The notes beneath the pieces are model-generated. The model was given only the letters and a program-made list of their open reading frames with translations, searched no databases and had not been told where the DNA came from. From positions 15,243 to 79,242 of the forward strand of contig CALWVQ010000021.1 in the NCBI GenBank assembly GCA_944385025.1: a stretch of DNA of 64,000 nucleotides. The letters are read 5' to 3'. Source of the stretch: an uncultured Eubacterium sp. GTDB lineage: Bacteria > Bacillota > Clostridia > Oscillospirales > Acutalibacteraceae. This document shows positions 1 through 9,574 of this stretch, piece after piece. A program made the position numbers and the translations under genes. Each line of letters opens with the position of its first letter. The stretch's first letter is position 1.

Positions 1-21
1 TTATCCCATAGGAGAACTGTT

Positions 22-1974
22 ATGGAAAATGTAAAAATAAACGGTAATGAGATTCTATTTCAAAGAGCAGGAGAGCTTGTGCGTATTACTCCTTGCGGTA
101 ATAACGCAATCAGATTTCAAGGGTTCCCTGACTGCAGCATTATTGATGAAAACTACACTCTTATGCCCCAGAATGTTGATTGTGAAATTATACAGGAAGA
201 ACGCAGCATTACAATGGTTCAGGGCAAAACAAAAGTAGTTCTTAAAAACAACGGCAAAGTAACTTTTTACCACAATGACAATAAAATTTTAGAAGAACAG
301 CCGGAACTGACTTTTCACAACGGTTACAGAAATTATCTTAACAGGCACAGCGGAATATGGAGCTGCCGTGTTACATTTGAAGCAAACGAAAATGAACATT
401 TTTACGGTTTAGGTCACAGTATGAATAACCCCTTTGATTTAAAAGGCGGTGTTTATGACATTATTAACACAAACGCAAATTGCGTTATCCCCTACGTTTA
501 TTCTTCTCTCGGTTACGGTTTTATTTGGAATAATCCATCAATAGGCACAGTAGAATTAGCAAACAACAGAACAAGATGGAAAACCGACTCAGCAAAATTC
601 ATCGACTACGTAGTAATCGGCGGTACTCCTAAAGAAGTTACTCAGACGCTGGCGGATCTTACCGGTCACTCTCCGGAAATGCCTGATTGGGCAACGGGCT
701 TTTGGCAGTGCAGGCTACGATATGAAACACAGGAAAAGCTTTTAGAGGTTGCAAGACGTTACAAAAAAGAGAACATTCCCCTTTCAGTTATTATAGCCGA
801 CTATTTTCACTGGACAGAACAGGGCGACTATAAATTTGATCCGAAATACTGGCCTGATGTTAAAGCAATGACTGATGAGCTTCATAATATGGGTACAAAA
901 CTTGTGGTTTCAATGTGGCCGACGATTAACGAAAACAGTGAAAATTATCAGGCAATGAAAAACGCAAATATGCTTATCAGAACTACCAGAGGTTCTGACA
1001 GAGTATTTAATTTTTACGGCTGGCAGGCAGAAATTGACGTTACCAACAGTGAAACAAGAGAATTTGTGTGGAGCAAATTAAAACAAAATTATTTAGACAA
1101 AGGCGTAGACGCCTTGTGGTTTGACGAAGCAGAGCCCGAAATCCACCCTGAACAGTTTGACAACATTTTGCTGAAAAAAGGCAGAGGCGATGTGGTAGGA
1201 CTGCTGTATCCCTACTATTATGTTAAAATGGCATACGACGGGTTCAAATCAATGGGCCGGGACGATATTATAACCCTTACAAGATGTGCATATTTGGGCA
1301 GCCAAAAATACGGCGCTCTTGTATGGTCCGGCGACATTGAATCAACATTTGAAAGCCTTAAATGCCAAGTTCATGCAGGAATGAATATGGCAATGTGCGG
1401 TATGCCTTGGTGGAATACCGATGTGGGCGGATTTTACGGCGGAGATACTACAAGTGAATATTTCAGAGAGCTTATTGTAAGGTGGTTCCAGTTTGGTGTA
1501 TTCTCCCCTGTTTTAAGAATTCACGGAAACAGAGAGCGCCACGGTGAAAAAAGTAATTTAAAAGAACCGAGCGGAGATCCAAACGAGCTTTGGTCATTCG
1601 GGGATGAAAACTTTGAAATACTTAAAGACCTTGTAACATTAAGAGAGAATTTAAGACCGTACATAAAGGAAAATATGCTCACTGCCAGTGAAAAGGGATA
1701 TCCTATAATAAGACCGATGTTTTTTGAATATCCGGATGATGAAATTTGTTATTCCCTTGACCAGCAGTATATGTTTGGGGATGATATAATTTTTGCTCCT
1801 ATTGTTAACCAAGGACAAAAAGTTAAAAAGTTTTACATTCCAAACGGTAAATGGACTCTTACAATGAATGGAAAAGAATGCGAAAAAGGCTGGCATGAGG
1901 TTAACGTAAGTAAAAAAGATTTTGTGGCTCTTGTGAGAGAAAACAGTACGGTAATCGAAGCATTTAACTTATAA
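22..1974 (+). CDS. Glycoside hydrolase family 31 (alpha-xylosidase/alpha-glucosidase-like)
   Basis: 650-aa ORF with an AGGAGA RBS at 10-15. GH31-like motifs in the translation: KFDPKYWPD, ALWFDEAEPE (nucleophile region) and VWSGDIESTF. A hairpin terminator follows the stop. Confidence 0.8.
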   Translation: MENVKINGNEILFQRAGELVRITPCGNNAIRFQGFPDCSIIDENYTLMPQNVDCEIIQEERSITMVQGKTKVVLKNNGKVTFYHNDNKILEEQPELTFHNGYRNYLNRHSGIWSCRVTFEANENEHFYGLGHSMNNPFDLKGGVYDIINTNANCVIPYVYSSLGYGFIWNNPSIGTVELANNRTRWKTDSAKFIDYVVIGGTPKEVTQTLADLTGHSPEMPDWATGFWQCRLRYETQEKLLEVARRYKKENIPLSVIIADYFHWTEQGDYKFDPKYWPDVKAMTDELHNMGTKLVVSMWPTINENSENYQAMKNANMLIRTTRGSDRVFNFYGWQAEIDVTNSETREFVWSKLKQNYLDKGVDALWFDEAEPEIHPEQFDNILLKKGRGDVVGLLYPYYYVKMAYDGFKSMGRDDIITLTRCAYLGSQKYGALVWSGDIESTFESLKCQVHAGMNMAMCGMPWWNTDVGGFYGGDTTSEYFRELIVRWFQFGVFSPVLRIHGNRERHGEKSNLKEPSGDPNELWSFGDENFEILKDLVTLRENLRPYIKENMLTASEKGYPIIRPMFFEYPDDEICYSLDQQYMFGDDIIFAPIVNQGQKVKKFYIPNGKWTLTMNGKECEKGWHEVNVSKKDFVALVRENSTVIEAFNL

Positions 1975-1980
1975 AATTAA

Positions 1981-2013
1981 AAGCAGTAAGAATTAATTCT
2001 TACTGCTTTTTTT
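1981..2013. terminator. Bidirectional rho-independent terminator between convergent GH31 and comFC
   Basis: Perfect 14-bp-arm palindrome aagcagtaagaatt/aattcttactgctt (1981-2008), followed by a T-run on plus and an A/T-rich run on minus. It overlaps the last codons of comFC. Confidence 0.7.
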
Positions 2014-2718
2014 ATTTATTTTTGTTATTGCAACGACACTGCAATAAACAGAACTTGCTGAATAAATCTTAAGCATTTTTGCACATTCATTAAGTGTTGC
2101 GCCCGTTGTTTTTACATCGTCAACAAGTAAAACTGTTTTACCGTCAAGTTGATTTTTATATTTGTCACAAACGTCAAAAGCACCGAAAATATCGGCTTTT
2201 CTCTGCATCTGTGTTTTCTTGTGCTGTACGCCTGTATATCGCACCTTGTTAAGAAGGCATTTACAAGGTACATTCATCAGTTTTGAAAGTTCTTCTGCCA
2301 AAAGCTGTGCCTGATTATATCCTCGCTTAATTCTGTGAAGCTTTCTGAAAGGCACATAAGTTATGTAGTCAAAATGAATATCATCATAAGACTGACAAAT
2401 AACATCATACATTTTTCGGCTTAACGGTTTAGCCAGAAAAGGCATTTCTCTGTTTTTAAAATTATGTATTGCCCGCGTTACAGAATCTTTGTAGTAAAAT
2501 GGCGCTACTATCCTTTTATATTCGTTCTTTTTCTTTTTACAAAGACAGTCTTCTTTGCTGTAGCCACAGTACTCACAGTATGGCGGTTTAATAACAGGTA
2601 AATTCTTGCATTCAGTACATAAACTTTCGTTAAATTCAATTACTTCACCGCAAATTTCACACCTGTTTGCAAAAATAAGCTTTGATAAAAATTTTTCCAC
2701 ACCGTTAAACAATTTCAT
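1993..2718 (-). CDS. comFC: ComF family protein (ComFC-like, phosphoribosyltransferase fold with N-terminal double zinc ribbon)
   Basis: 241 aa. N-terminal CxxC pairs (CEICGE...CTEC, CEYCG) and a PRTase loop VLLVDDVKTTGATLNECA. Its ATG overlaps the comEA stop by 4 nt. Confidence 0.8.
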   Translation of the reverse strand: MKLFNGVEKFLSKLIFANRCEICGEVIEFNESLCTECKNLPVIKPPYCEYCGYSKEDCLCKKKKNEYKRIVAPFYYKDSVTRAIHNFKNREMPFLAKPLSRKMYDVICQSYDDIHFDYITYVPFRKLHRIKRGYNQAQLLAEELSKLMNVPCKCLLNKVRYTGVQHKKTQMQRKADIFGAFDVCDKYKNQLDGKTVLLVDDVKTTGATLNECAKMLKIYSASSVYCSVVAITKINKKSSKN

Positions 2719-3170
2719 ACAGTCAAATACGGAGAAATCTTCTCATATACTTTGTCCCCTATCCCCTTTATATTTTTTATCTGTTCAACAGATGTATAAC
2801 CGCCGAGATATTCTCTGTATTCGATAATTGCCGACGCTTTTACTTCACCGATACCCGAAATGGTCATTAACTCTTCGGCAGTACAAGTATTAAGATTCAG
2901 CGGATATGAAACAGAGGCTTCCTGGTCGTTTTGATTTCCAGAATCTGACTGTGAATAATTTGACTCATCATAATTTTGAAGATTAGACTTTGTTTGAAGA
3001 GAAACGTCTTCATTATCATAAGTCTGTTGCGACGACTGAACAGACGCATCGCTTTCAAGACTTGACACAGCAACTTTTGGCTGAGAAAGTGCAAAGCCCA
3101 AAATAATTGCTCCGATAATTATCAGTCCTACTCCTGTAAGGATAATACTTTGCCGTTTGCTATCGCTCAT
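2715..3170 (-). CDS. comEA: ComEA family helix-hairpin-helix DNA-binding protein (membrane anchored)
   Basis: 151 aa. N-terminal TM helix, a low-complexity linker and a C-terminal HhH pair (ELMTISGIGEVKASAIIEYRE...IKNIKGIGDKVYEKI). It overlaps the ygiQ stop by 4 nt. Confidence 0.8.
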   Translation of the reverse strand: MSDSKRQSIILTGVGLIIIGAIILGFALSQPKVAVSSLESDASVQSSQQTYDNEDVSLQTKSNLQNYDESNYSQSDSGNQNDQEASVSYPLNLNTCTAEELMTISGIGEVKASAIIEYREYLGGYTSVEQIKNIKGIGDKVYEKISPYLTV

Positions 3171-5023
3171 CTTCTTCTTTTTTTAACCTTTCCTGCGTAT
3201 TTTGCTTTATCAACAAATTGCTTATGATTTTGTTTTGATGGTCTGATTAAACATCCCTTATCTGTTCCGATAAGGTCATATCTTTTGGCTTTTTTTAAAG
3301 CTTCTTCAACAAGGCGCTGATTCTTTGGATTAAAATATTGGAGCAGCGCACGTTGAAGTGCTTTATCGTGGTCTGTTTTTGCAACATAAACTTTTTCCAT
3401 TGTATACGGGTCAAGTTCCGTATAAAACATACAGGTTGAAATTGTACCGGGAGTTGGATAGAAATCCTGAACTTGCTCGGGTCTTATGTGATTTTTCTTT
3501 AGGAAAAGTGCCAATTCAATTGCATCGTCAAGGGTTGAACCCGGATGTGAAGACATTAAATACGGCACAAGATACTGCTCTTTATCAGCCTCTCCTGTAT
3601 ATTTAAAATATCTTTTTGAAAATTTTATATACGTCTCGATATGAGGCTTGCCCATTTTATCAAGCACCGCGGCAGAGCAATGTTCCGGAGCTACTTTAAG
3701 CTGACCTGAAACGTGATTTTCCACAAGTTCCTTGAAAAAAGTATCATCATTATCTTCAAGAAGATAATCATACCTGATACCGCTTCTGATAAATACTTTT
3801 TTTACTCCTTTTATCTTTCGTAAATCACGTAAAATATCAAGATATTCACTATGGTCTACTTTAAGATTCGGACACGGTTTAGGCGCGAGACATTTCTTAC
3901 CTTTACAAAGACCGTGTTCAAGCTGATAATCGCAGGAAGGTTGTCTGAAATTAGCTGTCGGTCCCCCTACATCGTGGATATAGCCTTTAAAATTCGGCAT
4001 ATTTGTAAGTTTTTCAGCCTCTATTAAAATGCTCTTTTTTGAACGGCAGGTAACATATCTTCCCTGATGAAAAGCAATAGAGCAAAAATTACAGGCGCCA
4101 AAACAACCCCTGTTATGAGTAATGGAAAATTCTACCTCTCTGATACCTGGAACACCGCCCAACGCCTCATAGCTTGGATGATACGCTCTCATATAAGGAA
4201 GCGAATAAACCCAGTCAAGCTCCTTTTGCGTCAAAGGTGGCATAGGCTTGTTTTGAACAAGCATTATTTTACCGTGCTTTTGTTTAATTATTTTGCCTCT
4301 GATATGGTCTTGCTCGTCTTGCTGAATTCGGCAGGATTTAGCGTATTCTTTCTTACTGTTTACTACATTTTCAAAGGAGGGACATTCAACGCCCTCATAT
4401 GGCGTTTCAACGGTGGGACAAATGTAACAGGTGCCTAAAATATCTCTCATTTGCTTTATATCTTCGCCGCTGTCAAGTCTTTGAGCAATTTCTACGGTCT
4501 GCTTTTCACCCATTCCAAACGAGAGCAAATCAGCGCCAGAATCAATTAATATACTGGGTCTTATACAGTCGTCCCAATAGTCATAATGGGCAAAACGCCT
4601 TAATGACGCCTCAAGTCCACCGATGATTACAGGACTGTCTGGATAAACCTGTTTAATCAATTTTGTATATACAATAACAGCCCTGTCAGGTCTTTTTCCT
4701 GCTTTTCCCCCTGCTGTATAGGCATCATCGTGCCTAATTCTATTTGCAGCAGTATAATGGGCAACCATAGAATCAATATTGCCGCTGGTTACAAAAAATC
4801 CCAGTCGAGGCTGACCGAACTGAACAAAGTCAGCCGTACTTTTCCAGTCAGGCTGGGAAAGCACGGCTACTTTATAACCTTTATTTTCTAAAACTCTTGT
4901 AATAATTGACGCACCGAAAGACGGGTGATCAACGTAGCTGTCACCTGTAACGTAAACAAAATCTACATTATCCCAGCCGCGTTTAAGCATATCATTTCTG
5001 TTAATGGGAAGAAAGCCGCTCAT
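3167..5023 (-). CDS. ygiQ: YgiQ/UPF0313 family radical SAM protein
   Basis: 618 aa. The N-terminus MSGFLPINRNDMLKRGWDNVDFVYVTGDSYVDHPSFG is typical of YgiQ. It has a radical SAM cluster motif CFGACNFCS and a basic C-terminal tail. Confidence 0.8.
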   Translation of the reverse strand: MSGFLPINRNDMLKRGWDNVDFVYVTGDSYVDHPSFGASIITRVLENKGYKVAVLSQPDWKSTADFVQFGQPRLGFFVTSGNIDSMVAHYTAANRIRHDDAYTAGGKAGKRPDRAVIVYTKLIKQVYPDSPVIIGGLEASLRRFAHYDYWDDCIRPSILIDSGADLLSFGMGEKQTVEIAQRLDSGEDIKQMRDILGTCYICPTVETPYEGVECPSFENVVNSKKEYAKSCRIQQDEQDHIRGKIIKQKHGKIMLVQNKPMPPLTQKELDWVYSLPYMRAYHPSYEALGGVPGIREVEFSITHNRGCFGACNFCSIAFHQGRYVTCRSKKSILIEAEKLTNMPNFKGYIHDVGGPTANFRQPSCDYQLEHGLCKGKKCLAPKPCPNLKVDHSEYLDILRDLRKIKGVKKVFIRSGIRYDYLLEDNDDTFFKELVENHVSGQLKVAPEHCSAAVLDKMGKPHIETYIKFSKRYFKYTGEADKEQYLVPYLMSSHPGSTLDDAIELALFLKKNHIRPEQVQDFYPTPGTISTCMFYTELDPYTMEKVYVAKTDHDKALQRALLQYFNPKNQRLVEEALKKAKRYDLIGTDKGCLIRPSKQNHKQFVDKAKYAGKVKKRRR

Positions 5024-5025
5024 AT

Positions 5026-7626
5026 TTATTCCTCGTCGTTGTTAAAAAATCTGTCATCGTTAATAAACGCTTCCATATCGTCAAAATCGCTGTCATCAGA
5101 AGAGGTGCGCTTTACTTCGTCGTCGTTTTTGTCAAGGTAACCTATTACCTCTTCCTTATTCATATCAAATGACATTTGCTCTGTGTTTTCAGCTGTAAAG
5201 TCAGGTGTAGAACCGTAAGCCTGCATTTCAAGCCATTGCTGACGATTTATAAGGATTTCTCGCGGTTTTGAGCCGTTTGAAGGACCGATGATTCCTTTTT
5301 CTTCAAGTTGGTCGATTATCTTTGCGCCTCGTGCATAACCAACAGACAATTTTCTCTGTAAGAAAGATGTTGATGCAGTTCCTGTTTCAAGAACAACGTC
5401 CACCGCTTTTTCAAATAGTGCGTCAAGCTGTTCACTGTCGCCGTCATCCTCAAACGGTGAAGATTTTTTATCCTGCACGGCTTTTGCCTCAATTTCCTTG
5501 GCAATATTTTCATCATACTGACTTTCGCCCTGATTTTTAACGAAATTGCAAAGTTCTTCAACCTCTTCATCAGATATAAAACAACCTTGAACACGGACAG
5601 GTTTTGAAGAACCTATAGGAGAATAGAGCATATCGCCGTGACCTAAAAGCTTTTCAGCGCCTGCGGCGTCAAGAATTGTTCTTGAATCAATTTGCGAAGA
5701 AACCGTAAGGGCAATTCTTGAAGAAATGTTTGCTTTGATTAAACCTGTAATTACGTCAACAGACGGACGCTGTGTAGCAATAACAAGGTGCATACCTACT
5801 GCACGCGCCATCTGAGCAAGACGGCACACAGAGTCCTCAACCTCTTTAGGAGCCGCCATCATCAAATCAGCAAACTCGTCGATAAAGATACAAATTTTAG
5901 GCATAAAATCCATATCCTCGTGCTTTTTAACGTACTTGTTATAACCCTCTATATCTCTGACGCCCACCTGTGAAAGGCGCTGATAACGCTGAAGCATTTC
6001 ACTGACAGCCCAGCCAAGTGCACCTGCAGCTTTACGAGGATCGGTAACAACAGGAACAAGAAGATGCGGTATTCCTGCATACTTTGAAAACTCAACTTGC
6101 TTTGGGTCAATCATAAGGAATTTGACCTCGTCCGGCTTCGCTCTATACAGAATTGATGTGATAATTGAGTTCATACATACAGACTTACCTGAGCCGGTAG
6201 TACCTGCAACAAGAAGGTGCGGCATTTTTGCAATATCGCAATAAACGCACTTGCCTGCAATATCTTTACCCAATCCCGCAGAAAGAATCGAGCTTTGCTC
6301 ATTAAATTCAGGAGTGTCAATAAGTTCACGCATTGATACAGAATTTTTAACCTTATTGGGAACTTCTATACCCACTGCTGCTTTACCGGGAATAGGTGCT
6401 TCAATACGAACGTGAGTAGCCGCAAGATTAAGAGCAATATCATCAGCAAGATTTGTTATTTTTGAAATTCTTATACCTGCAGCGGGCTTAAGTTCATATC
6501 TTGTGACAGTAGGTCCGCGGGAAATATCAGTTATTGTAGCATCTACGTTAAATGAATGCAGAGTATCTATGAGCATTTTTGCATTTTCTTTAAGCTCTCC
6601 GCTAATATCTTTAGTAGACTTTTTGGAAGAGAATTTAAGCAAATCAACATTAGGCAGTTTATAGTCGTTTACACTTGCATCCATAGCTTCTTTTGAAACA
6701 GTAAACTCCTGCGCCCTATTGTCAGCACCGGTCTCATCCTTAGAAGCATCTTTAACTATTTCATCAATAGATTTTTTCTTTTCTTTAGCTTTCTCGGCCT
6801 GTCTTTCAAGCTGATTACGTCTTGTTGTTTCGTTTATTTCATCAATTATATCTTTAGGTACGGAAGTTTCTTCATTTGGGTCAAAAACTTCTTTTTTAGT
6901 CTTTCTGCCCCTTTTCTTTTCCTGGGTGTCATCAATTGGAGGAGCATCATCAAGAGGAACGTCAATTGCATTTTTTGACATTCTGCGCCTTTCAATTTTT
7001 TCACTGATTGCCGGAGCAACTTTATCATATGTAGCTTTTGCAGGCTTTGCAGCGCCCTTAAAGAACTGTAAAACTGTAATGCCCGTCAGAAGCATAAAAT
7101 CAACCAAGAACAGCACTACTGACAAAATAATCGCAGGGGCTTTTCCCATTGAGAGTAAGAGCCAGCCGAAAACAGCGCCGATAAAGCCGCCGTTGATGGT
7201 AGTAGGCGCTTCCTCATAACTCTGAATTATTGCAGTCTTAAACTCGCCGCCAATATCATTAGTTACAACGTGCAAAAATGTTGAAAGTATTAAAACCATT
7301 ATCACGGTTTCGATAGACTTTGCCACAACTTTTCTCGTATCAGCACCTGTAAACGAGTAAAACAACATAACAACAATAGAAATTAACGGAAAAACGCAAG
7401 CGGCAAAAACACCGAAAATCCCCACATATACGTTATGCAGAAAATTCCAAACACCGTCGCCTGCGATAACTGCAAGACAAAAGAAAATAACTGAAAAAGC
7501 AAAAACAGCAATTCCGGCAATTCTCAGCTTGTCATCTTGAGTTACAGTTGACTGTTTTTGAGAAGTCTTACCCCTCGTATTTGATTTTGACTTACTTGAA
7601 TTAGAAGACCTATTTTTACTTGCCAT
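5026..7626 (-). CDS. ftsK: DNA translocase FtsK/SpoIIIE
   Basis: 866 aa. N-terminal multi-TM domain, a charged linker, Walker A GTTGSGKS, a motor domain (QRPSVDVITG) and a C-terminal gamma winged helix (SFLQRKLSVGYARGAKIIDQLE). Confidence 0.93.
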   Translation of the reverse strand: MASKNRSSNSSKSKSNTRGKTSQKQSTVTQDDKLRIAGIAVFAFSVIFFCLAVIAGDGVWNFLHNVYVGIFGVFAACVFPLISIVVMLFYSFTGADTRKVVAKSIETVIMVLILSTFLHVVTNDIGGEFKTAIIQSYEEAPTTINGGFIGAVFGWLLLSMGKAPAIILSVVLFLVDFMLLTGITVLQFFKGAAKPAKATYDKVAPAISEKIERRRMSKNAIDVPLDDAPPIDDTQEKKRGRKTKKEVFDPNEETSVPKDIIDEINETTRRNQLERQAEKAKEKKKSIDEIVKDASKDETGADNRAQEFTVSKEAMDASVNDYKLPNVDLLKFSSKKSTKDISGELKENAKMLIDTLHSFNVDATITDISRGPTVTRYELKPAAGIRISKITNLADDIALNLAATHVRIEAPIPGKAAVGIEVPNKVKNSVSMRELIDTPEFNEQSSILSAGLGKDIAGKCVYCDIAKMPHLLVAGTTGSGKSVCMNSIITSILYRAKPDEVKFLMIDPKQVEFSKYAGIPHLLVPVVTDPRKAAGALGWAVSEMLQRYQRLSQVGVRDIEGYNKYVKKHEDMDFMPKICIFIDEFADLMMAAPKEVEDSVCRLAQMARAVGMHLVIATQRPSVDVITGLIKANISSRIALTVSSQIDSRTILDAAGAEKLLGHGDMLYSPIGSSKPVRVQGCFISDEEVEELCNFVKNQGESQYDENIAKEIEAKAVQDKKSSPFEDDGDSEQLDALFEKAVDVVLETGTASTSFLQRKLSVGYARGAKIIDQLEEKGIIGPSNGSKPREILINRQQWLEMQAYGSTPDFTAENTEQMSFDMNKEEVIGYLDKNDDEVKRTSSDDSDFDDMEAFINDDRFFNNDEE

Positions 7627-7635
7627 ATAAACCTC

Positions 7636-8496
7636 TTATTTAACCATAATTTGAAAAATTCCCACAACGAAACATATTAGACCGACGGAAATATCGTAAA
7701 CCGCAATATATTTAAGGAAGTTTTTATTTACTATGTATACAAACACCTTAACAGCTAAAAATGTTACTGCAACAGAAAAAATCAGCGCAAATATTACCTG
7801 CAAGAATGTAACGGTTGTTACGCCTACGCAAATTTCAATGATACCTGTAACAAGTAAAACCATTACAGATACTACCATTGAATATCGAAGAGCATATTTG
7901 TCGCTTAAACCAACTAAAAAGCCTATACAAAATACGCCGCCCACCACTGAACAGCCGGCAGTCGGTACAGCAAGGAAAGCGATAATTCCGATAATCAGTG
8001 CCTGAGCCCATTTGGGTAATGGGTTAAACTTCTTGTTCAGCATAGTGGAAACAATAAACAAAAGAGCGCCTAAAAGAGCCATACACAAGCCCTCACCTAA
8101 CACATTGCCGTTATAAGACATTCTGTGAAAAACGCTGTAAAGATTGCCGTATTTACCAGCAGGCACTGCATATAAAATCATTGGCAGGAATGACAGCAAT
8201 GTCATATACATAAAGCTTCTTCTTGGCGACGTTTCTTTTAATTCAATTCTTCTGTTTCTAAAAAGGTCCGCCCACTCGGTGAAAAAAGTTTTACCAAGCT
8301 GCAAAAATAGTTTGTAAAAAGCAACAATGATTCCTATTGCAATTCCAATATGTATAACGCCTGTAAGCTGTGAACAGGCATTGGTATATCTTGCTGAAAA
8401 ATCGTGAAAAACGGCGCTGTGACCGCTTTCAGATATTGGTATTACCCAGGCAATTGCTTGTCCTATTGCCTGTAATATTGCCTTTATAATCGACAT
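7636..8496 (-). CDS. UppP/BacA-family membrane protein, divergent paralogue with degenerate catalytic motifs
   Basis: The start is taken at ATG 8496 (GGGGG RBS); the ORF track extends to 8529. Motif 1 is partly retained (VIPISESGHS versus the canonical LPISSTGH). Motif 2 reads PTAGCSVVGG where the canonical uppP at 15285 has [10 protein letters not shown]. The protein is polytopic. Confidence 0.6.
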   Translation of the reverse strand: MSIIKAILQAIGQAIAWVIPISESGHSAVFHDFSARYTNACSQLTGVIHIGIAIGIIVAFYKLFLQLGKTFFTEWADLFRNRRIELKETSPRRSFMYMTLLSFLPMILYAVPAGKYGNLYSVFHRMSYNGNVLGEGLCMALLGALLFIVSTMLNKKFNPLPKWAQALIIGIIAFLAVPTAGCSVVGGVFCIGFLVGLSDKYALRYSMVVSVMVLLVTGIIEICVGVTTVTFLQVIFALIFSVAVTFLAVKVFVYIVNKNFLKYIAVYDISVGLICFVVGIFQIMVK

Positions 8497-8643
8497 AATT
8501 TTTACCCCCGTAAAGAGCTGCGTTATCAAGAAAATATCCCTGTCTTATATAATCATAGGGATTGGAAGAACGAAGAGAATTTACAGGATTAGAAAAGGAA
8601 GAAGGATTATAAAAAATATCCTGCAAGCTAACGATAGAATAAA

Positions 8644-9372
8644 TCAATGCTGACCCTCCTCAATTGACCTGTCCAGAAAGTCTAAAGCATCTGAAAGTCC
8701 GCCAAGCTCGTCAATAAGACCGGATTTTACAGCGCCTTCACCGTCAAGAACCGTGCCCACGTCCATAACAAGCTCACCTGTTATCATCATAAGTTCCCTG
8801 AATTTTTCGGCACTAATTTGAGAATTGTTTGCAACAAACCTCACAATTCTGTCCTGCATTTTTTCAAAATATGAAAGAGTCTGGGGAACGCCGAGAACAA
8901 GACCGTTCATTCGCACGGGATGCACAGTCATAGTAGCGCTGGGAACAATGAAGCTTCTTTTGCAACTTACTGCAAGAGGAACACCGATAGAATGACCTCC
9001 GCCTAACACAAGCGACGCCGTCGGAGTTTTCATAGTCGAAAGCAGCTCGGCAATAGCAAGACCCGCCTCAACATCACCCCCGACTGTATTGAGTATTATC
9101 AGCAAACCTTCAATTTCCTTACTCTCCTCTATTGCTACAAGTTGGGGAATAACGTGTTCGTATTTTGTGGTTTTATTTTGACTCGGAAGGATATAATGAC
9201 CCTCAATCTGACCGATGATAGTAAGACAGTGAATAAAATGGCCGTCCTTTGAAACGGTAATAGAACCTGTTTCAAAATCACTTGTGCTGCTCACCTGCGG
9301 TTCAGTAGCTTGATTCTCCTCTGTATCCTGATTGTTATTTGTAGTATTTGTTTTTGAAATTTCAGTTGACAT
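8644..9372 (-). CDS. ClpP-fold serine protease family protein (TepA/translocation-enhancing-protein-like)
   Basis: The start is taken at ATG 9372 (GAGGTG RBS); the track starts at a TTG at 9387. ClpP/TepA-like core: [44 protein letters not shown]. The N-terminal tail is low-complexity. Confidence 0.65.
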   Translation of the reverse strand: MSTEISKTNTTNNNQDTEENQATEPQVSSTSDFETGSITVSKDGHFIHCLTIIGQIEGHYILPSQNKTTKYEHVIPQLVAIEESKEIEGLLIILNTVGGDVEAGLAIAELLSTMKTPTASLVLGGGHSIGVPLAVSCKRSFIVPSATMTVHPVRMNGLVLGVPQTLSYFEKMQDRIVRFVANNSQISAEKFRELMMITGELVMDVGTVLDGEGAVKSGLIDELGGLSDALDFLDRSIEEGQH

Positions 9373-9503
9373 AAACAAGCACCTCAATGTTATTTATGCC
9401 CACTAACCCACAATATAATGTATTTATTTTACCACAGAAGGGGCATTTTTTCAATATATAATTAAAAATACTAAATTATTATATTAAAAATCTGTAACTT
9501 ACA

Positions 9504-9532
9504 TTGACAGAATTTTATCTTTGTTATAAAAT
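9504..9532 (+). promoter_or_regulatory. Sigma-A-type promoter of the acn-icd-rex operon
   Basis: TTGACA (9504-9509), 17-nt spacer, TAAAAT (9527-9532). It sits about 45 nt upstream of the aconitase ATG. Confidence 0.6.
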
Positions 9533-9536
9533 ACCT

Positions 9537-9555
9537 TTGTTAATTAATTAAACAA
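9537..9555. promoter_or_regulatory. Candidate Rex operator (near-consensus clostridial Rex box)
   Basis: TTGTTAATTAATTAAACAA lies between the -10 and the AGGAGG RBS. Compared with TTGTTAA-N4-TTAACAA, one half-site is perfect and the other carries a 1-nt insertion (or one mismatch if the spacer is read as 5 nt). rex is the third gene of this operon. Confidence 0.45.
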
Positions 9556-9574
9556 TTAGGAGGATTTTTTATCA

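Noticed and set aside
8497-8643. 147-nt gap between the tepA-like gene and the uppP-like gene, checked for a small RNA, promoter or terminator.
   Set aside because: It holds only a weak 6-bp stem (atccct...agggat) with a 15-nt loop, plus promoter-like hexamers at wrong spacings (9 nt and 19 nt). This is not enough to call a feature.
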